Source of the DNA: an uncultured Acetobacteraceae bacterium
GTDB lineage: Bacteria > Pseudomonadota > Alphaproteobacteria > Acetobacterales > Acetobacteraceae
DNA length: 64,000 bases
Direction of reading: 5' to 3'
Assembly: GCA_964242415.1 (NCBI GenBank)
Contig: CAXTAT010000023.1
Location: forward strand, 14,580-78,579
A program made the translations under genes and the position numbers. This document shows positions 62,398 to 64,000 of the stretch, piece by piece (position 1 is the stretch's first letter; every line of letters begins with the position of its first letter). The notes below the pieces were generated by a model. That model searched no databases and was not told the origin of the DNA. It was given only the letters and a program-made list of their open reading frames with translations.

Positions 62398-64000
62398 ATG
62401 AACATCTCCGCCCCGTTCATCCACCGGCCGGTGGCGACGTTCCTGCTCGCCTTCGGGCTGCTGCTCATCGGCATCGTCGCGGTGCGCTTCCTCCCCGTGG
62501 CGCCGCTGCCCAGCGTGGACATCCCCACCATCGTCGTCTTCGCCGGCCGCCCCGGCGCGGACCCGGAGACCATGGCCGCCAGCATCGCCGCCCCGCTGGA
62601 GCGCCGCCTGGGCGAAATTCCCGGCGTCACCGAGATCACCAGCACCAGCAGCACCGGCAGCACCAGCATCGTCGTGCAGTTCGACATCGACCGTCCCATC
62701 GAGGGATCGGCCAACGCCGTCCAAGCCGCCATCAACGCCGCCTACACCGACCTGCCCAGCGACCTGCCGACCCGGCCGTACTACCGCAAGTTCAACCCGG
62801 CCGAGGCGCCCGTCATCACCCTGTCCCTGACCTCGGACACCCTCAGCCCGGCGCAACTGTATGACGCCGCCGACACCATCCTAGCGCAGCGGCTGAGCCA
62901 GGTGGACGGCGTGAGCAATGTATCGGTGAACGGCGCCGAGAAGCCCGCCGTGCGCGTGCGGCTGAACCCGGCTGCCCTGCGCGCCGCCGGGCTGAGCAGC
63001 GGCGACGTTTACACCGCCATACGCAACGCCAACGTGAACGGCCCCATCGGCGGCTTCCAGGGTCCGGCCCGGGCCGAGACCCTGCAGCTCAACGGCCAGA
63101 TCACCCAGGCGGCCGATTACGCCGGGCTGGTGCTGAAGTACCTGAACGGCGCCACCGTGCGGCTGGGCGACGTGGCGGAGGTGCTGGACGGCGTCGCCAA
63201 CACCAAGCTGTCGGCCTGGGAGGGCAAGCAGCGCGCCGTCCTGCTGACTGTCACCAAGACCGCCGGCGCCAACGTGATCGACACCGTGGACCGGGTGAAG
63301 GCGGTGCTGCCGCAACTGCTGCAGTGGATCCCGCGCGGCATCACGGTGCACATCATCTCCGACCGCACCACCACCATCCGCGCCAGCGCGCACGACATGC
63401 AGTCCACCCTGTTCGTCAGCATCGGCCTGGTGCTGCTGGTGGTGGCGCTGTTCATGCGCCGGCTGGTGCCGACCCTGGCCGCGGCGGTGACGGTGCCGCT
63501 CAGCATCGCCGGCACCTTCGGGGCGATGTACCTGCTGGGCTACACGCTGAACAACTTCAGCTTCATGGCGCTGACCATCGCGGTCGGCTTCGTCGTGGAC
63601 GACGCCATCGTCATGATCGAGAACATCTTCCGCCACCAGGAGCGCGGCCTGTCCCCCATGCAGGCGGCGCTGGCCGGGTCGCGGCAGATCGGCTTCACCG
63701 TCATCAGCATCAGCGTCTCGCTGATTGCGGTGTTCATCCCGATCCTGTTCATGGGCGGCATCCTGGGCAAGCTGCTGCACGAGTTCGCCATGGTGATCGC
63801 CATCGCCATTGCCATATCGGCCGTGGTGTCGCTGACGCTGACGCCGATGATGTGCGGGCGGTACATGGGCCGGCACGCGGCGCCCAAGGGCCTGTGGGGC
63901 ACCGTGGACCGCGTGGTGGACCGGCTGCTGCAGGGTGCGCAGCGCGGCTACGTCGGCACGCTTGGCACCGCGTTGCGCTGGCGCTGGCCGATGCTGCTGC
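62398..64000 (+). CDS. mdtC: RND multidrug efflux permease (MdtC/MuxC type), 5' part; runs off the right edge
   Basis: This ORF is not in the ORF track because there is no stop inside the window. My hand translation from the ATG at 62398 gives MNISAPFIHRPVATFLLAFGLLLIGIVAVRFLPVAPLPSVDIPTIVVFAGRPGADPETMAASIAAPLERRLGEIPGV.... It is open to 64000 and parallels mdtB. Confidence 0.88.
   Translation, partial: MNISAPFIHRPVATFLLAFGLLLIGIVAVRFLPVAPLPSVDIPTIVVFAGRPGADPETMAASIAAPLERRLGEIPGVTEITSTSSTGSTSIVVQFDIDRPIEGSANAVQAAINAAYTDLPSDLPTRPYYRKFNPAEAPVITLSLTSDTLSPAQLYDAADTILAQRLSQVDGVSNVSVNGAEKPAVRVRLNPAALRAAGLSSGDVYTAIRNANVNGPIGGFQGPARAETLQLNGQITQAADYAGLVLKYLNGATVRLGDVAEVLDGVANTKLSAWEGKQRAVLLTVTKTAGANVIDTVDRVKAVLPQLLQWIPRGITVHIISDRTTTIRASAHDMQSTLFVSIGLVLLVVALFMRRLVPTLAAAVTVPLSIAGTFGAMYLLGYTLNNFSFMALTIAVGFVVDDAIVMIENIFRHQERGLSPMQAALAGSRQIGFTVISISVSLIAVFIPILFMGGILGKLLHEFAMVIAIAIAISAVVSLTLTPMMCGRYMGRHAAPKGLWGTVDRVVDRLLQGAQRGYVGTLGTALRWRWPMLL

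Overview
This window is a visibly GC-rich stretch of alphaproteobacterial chromosome. The gene order looks Rhodospirillales/Acetobacteraceae-like, but I cannot confirm taxonomy without a database search. Almost all of it is conserved core genome, mostly on the minus strand.

Gene content from left to right:
- cdsA (partial), uppS, frr, pyrH, tsf, rpsB
- a small conserved hypothetical, dnaE, lolD, a LolC/E-family permease, proS
- a structured non-coding tail, a DUF1467 protein, RNase J, coaX, birA
- a complete uninterrupted nuoN to nuoA complex I operon
- tRNA-Asp, tRNA-Val, hupB, lon, clpX, clpP, tig, tRNA-Leu
- an AceE-like ThDP E1 homolog translationally coupled to malonyl-CoA decarboxylase
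- an orphan ParA-like ATPase
- a lower-GC spacer followed by a LamG/PEP-CTERM secreted protein
- a FUSC-family membrane protein and a Pat-like (ADP-forming acyl-CoA synthetase plus GNAT) protein
- a LIV-type ABC importer with two tandem paralogous binding proteins, and a CitE-like lyase
- a tightly packed plus-strand operon: ECF sigma, anti-sigma, membrane-anchored periplasmic helical protein, NodT-type outer-membrane factor, MdtA-like adaptor, MdtB-like RND and MdtC-like RND (runs off the right edge)

I saw no CRISPR array, transposase, integrase, phage genes or obvious defence system.

Observations worth a second look:
1. The three-protein ECF module fused to a two-RND efflux operon has a CnrH/CnrY/CnrX-like architecture.
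2. The orphan E1-like ThDP enzyme is coupled to malonyl-CoA decarboxylase.
3. A REP-like repeat family occurs four times as inverted pairs. One copy supplies the C-terminus and stop codon of the E1-like gene. Another carries the Shine-Dalgarno sequence of mdtC.
4. A second structured repeat family also occurs as inverted pairs.
5. A roughly 200-nt structured RNA tail with a strong intrinsic terminator and an exposed anti-SD motif lies downstream of the DUF1467 gene.
6. The hupB stop codon lies inside tRNA-Val.
7. A 3 x 15-bp tandem repeat sits in the nuoH-nuoI spacer.

The many long ORFs antisense to or out of frame with these genes are GC-driven shadow ORFs.
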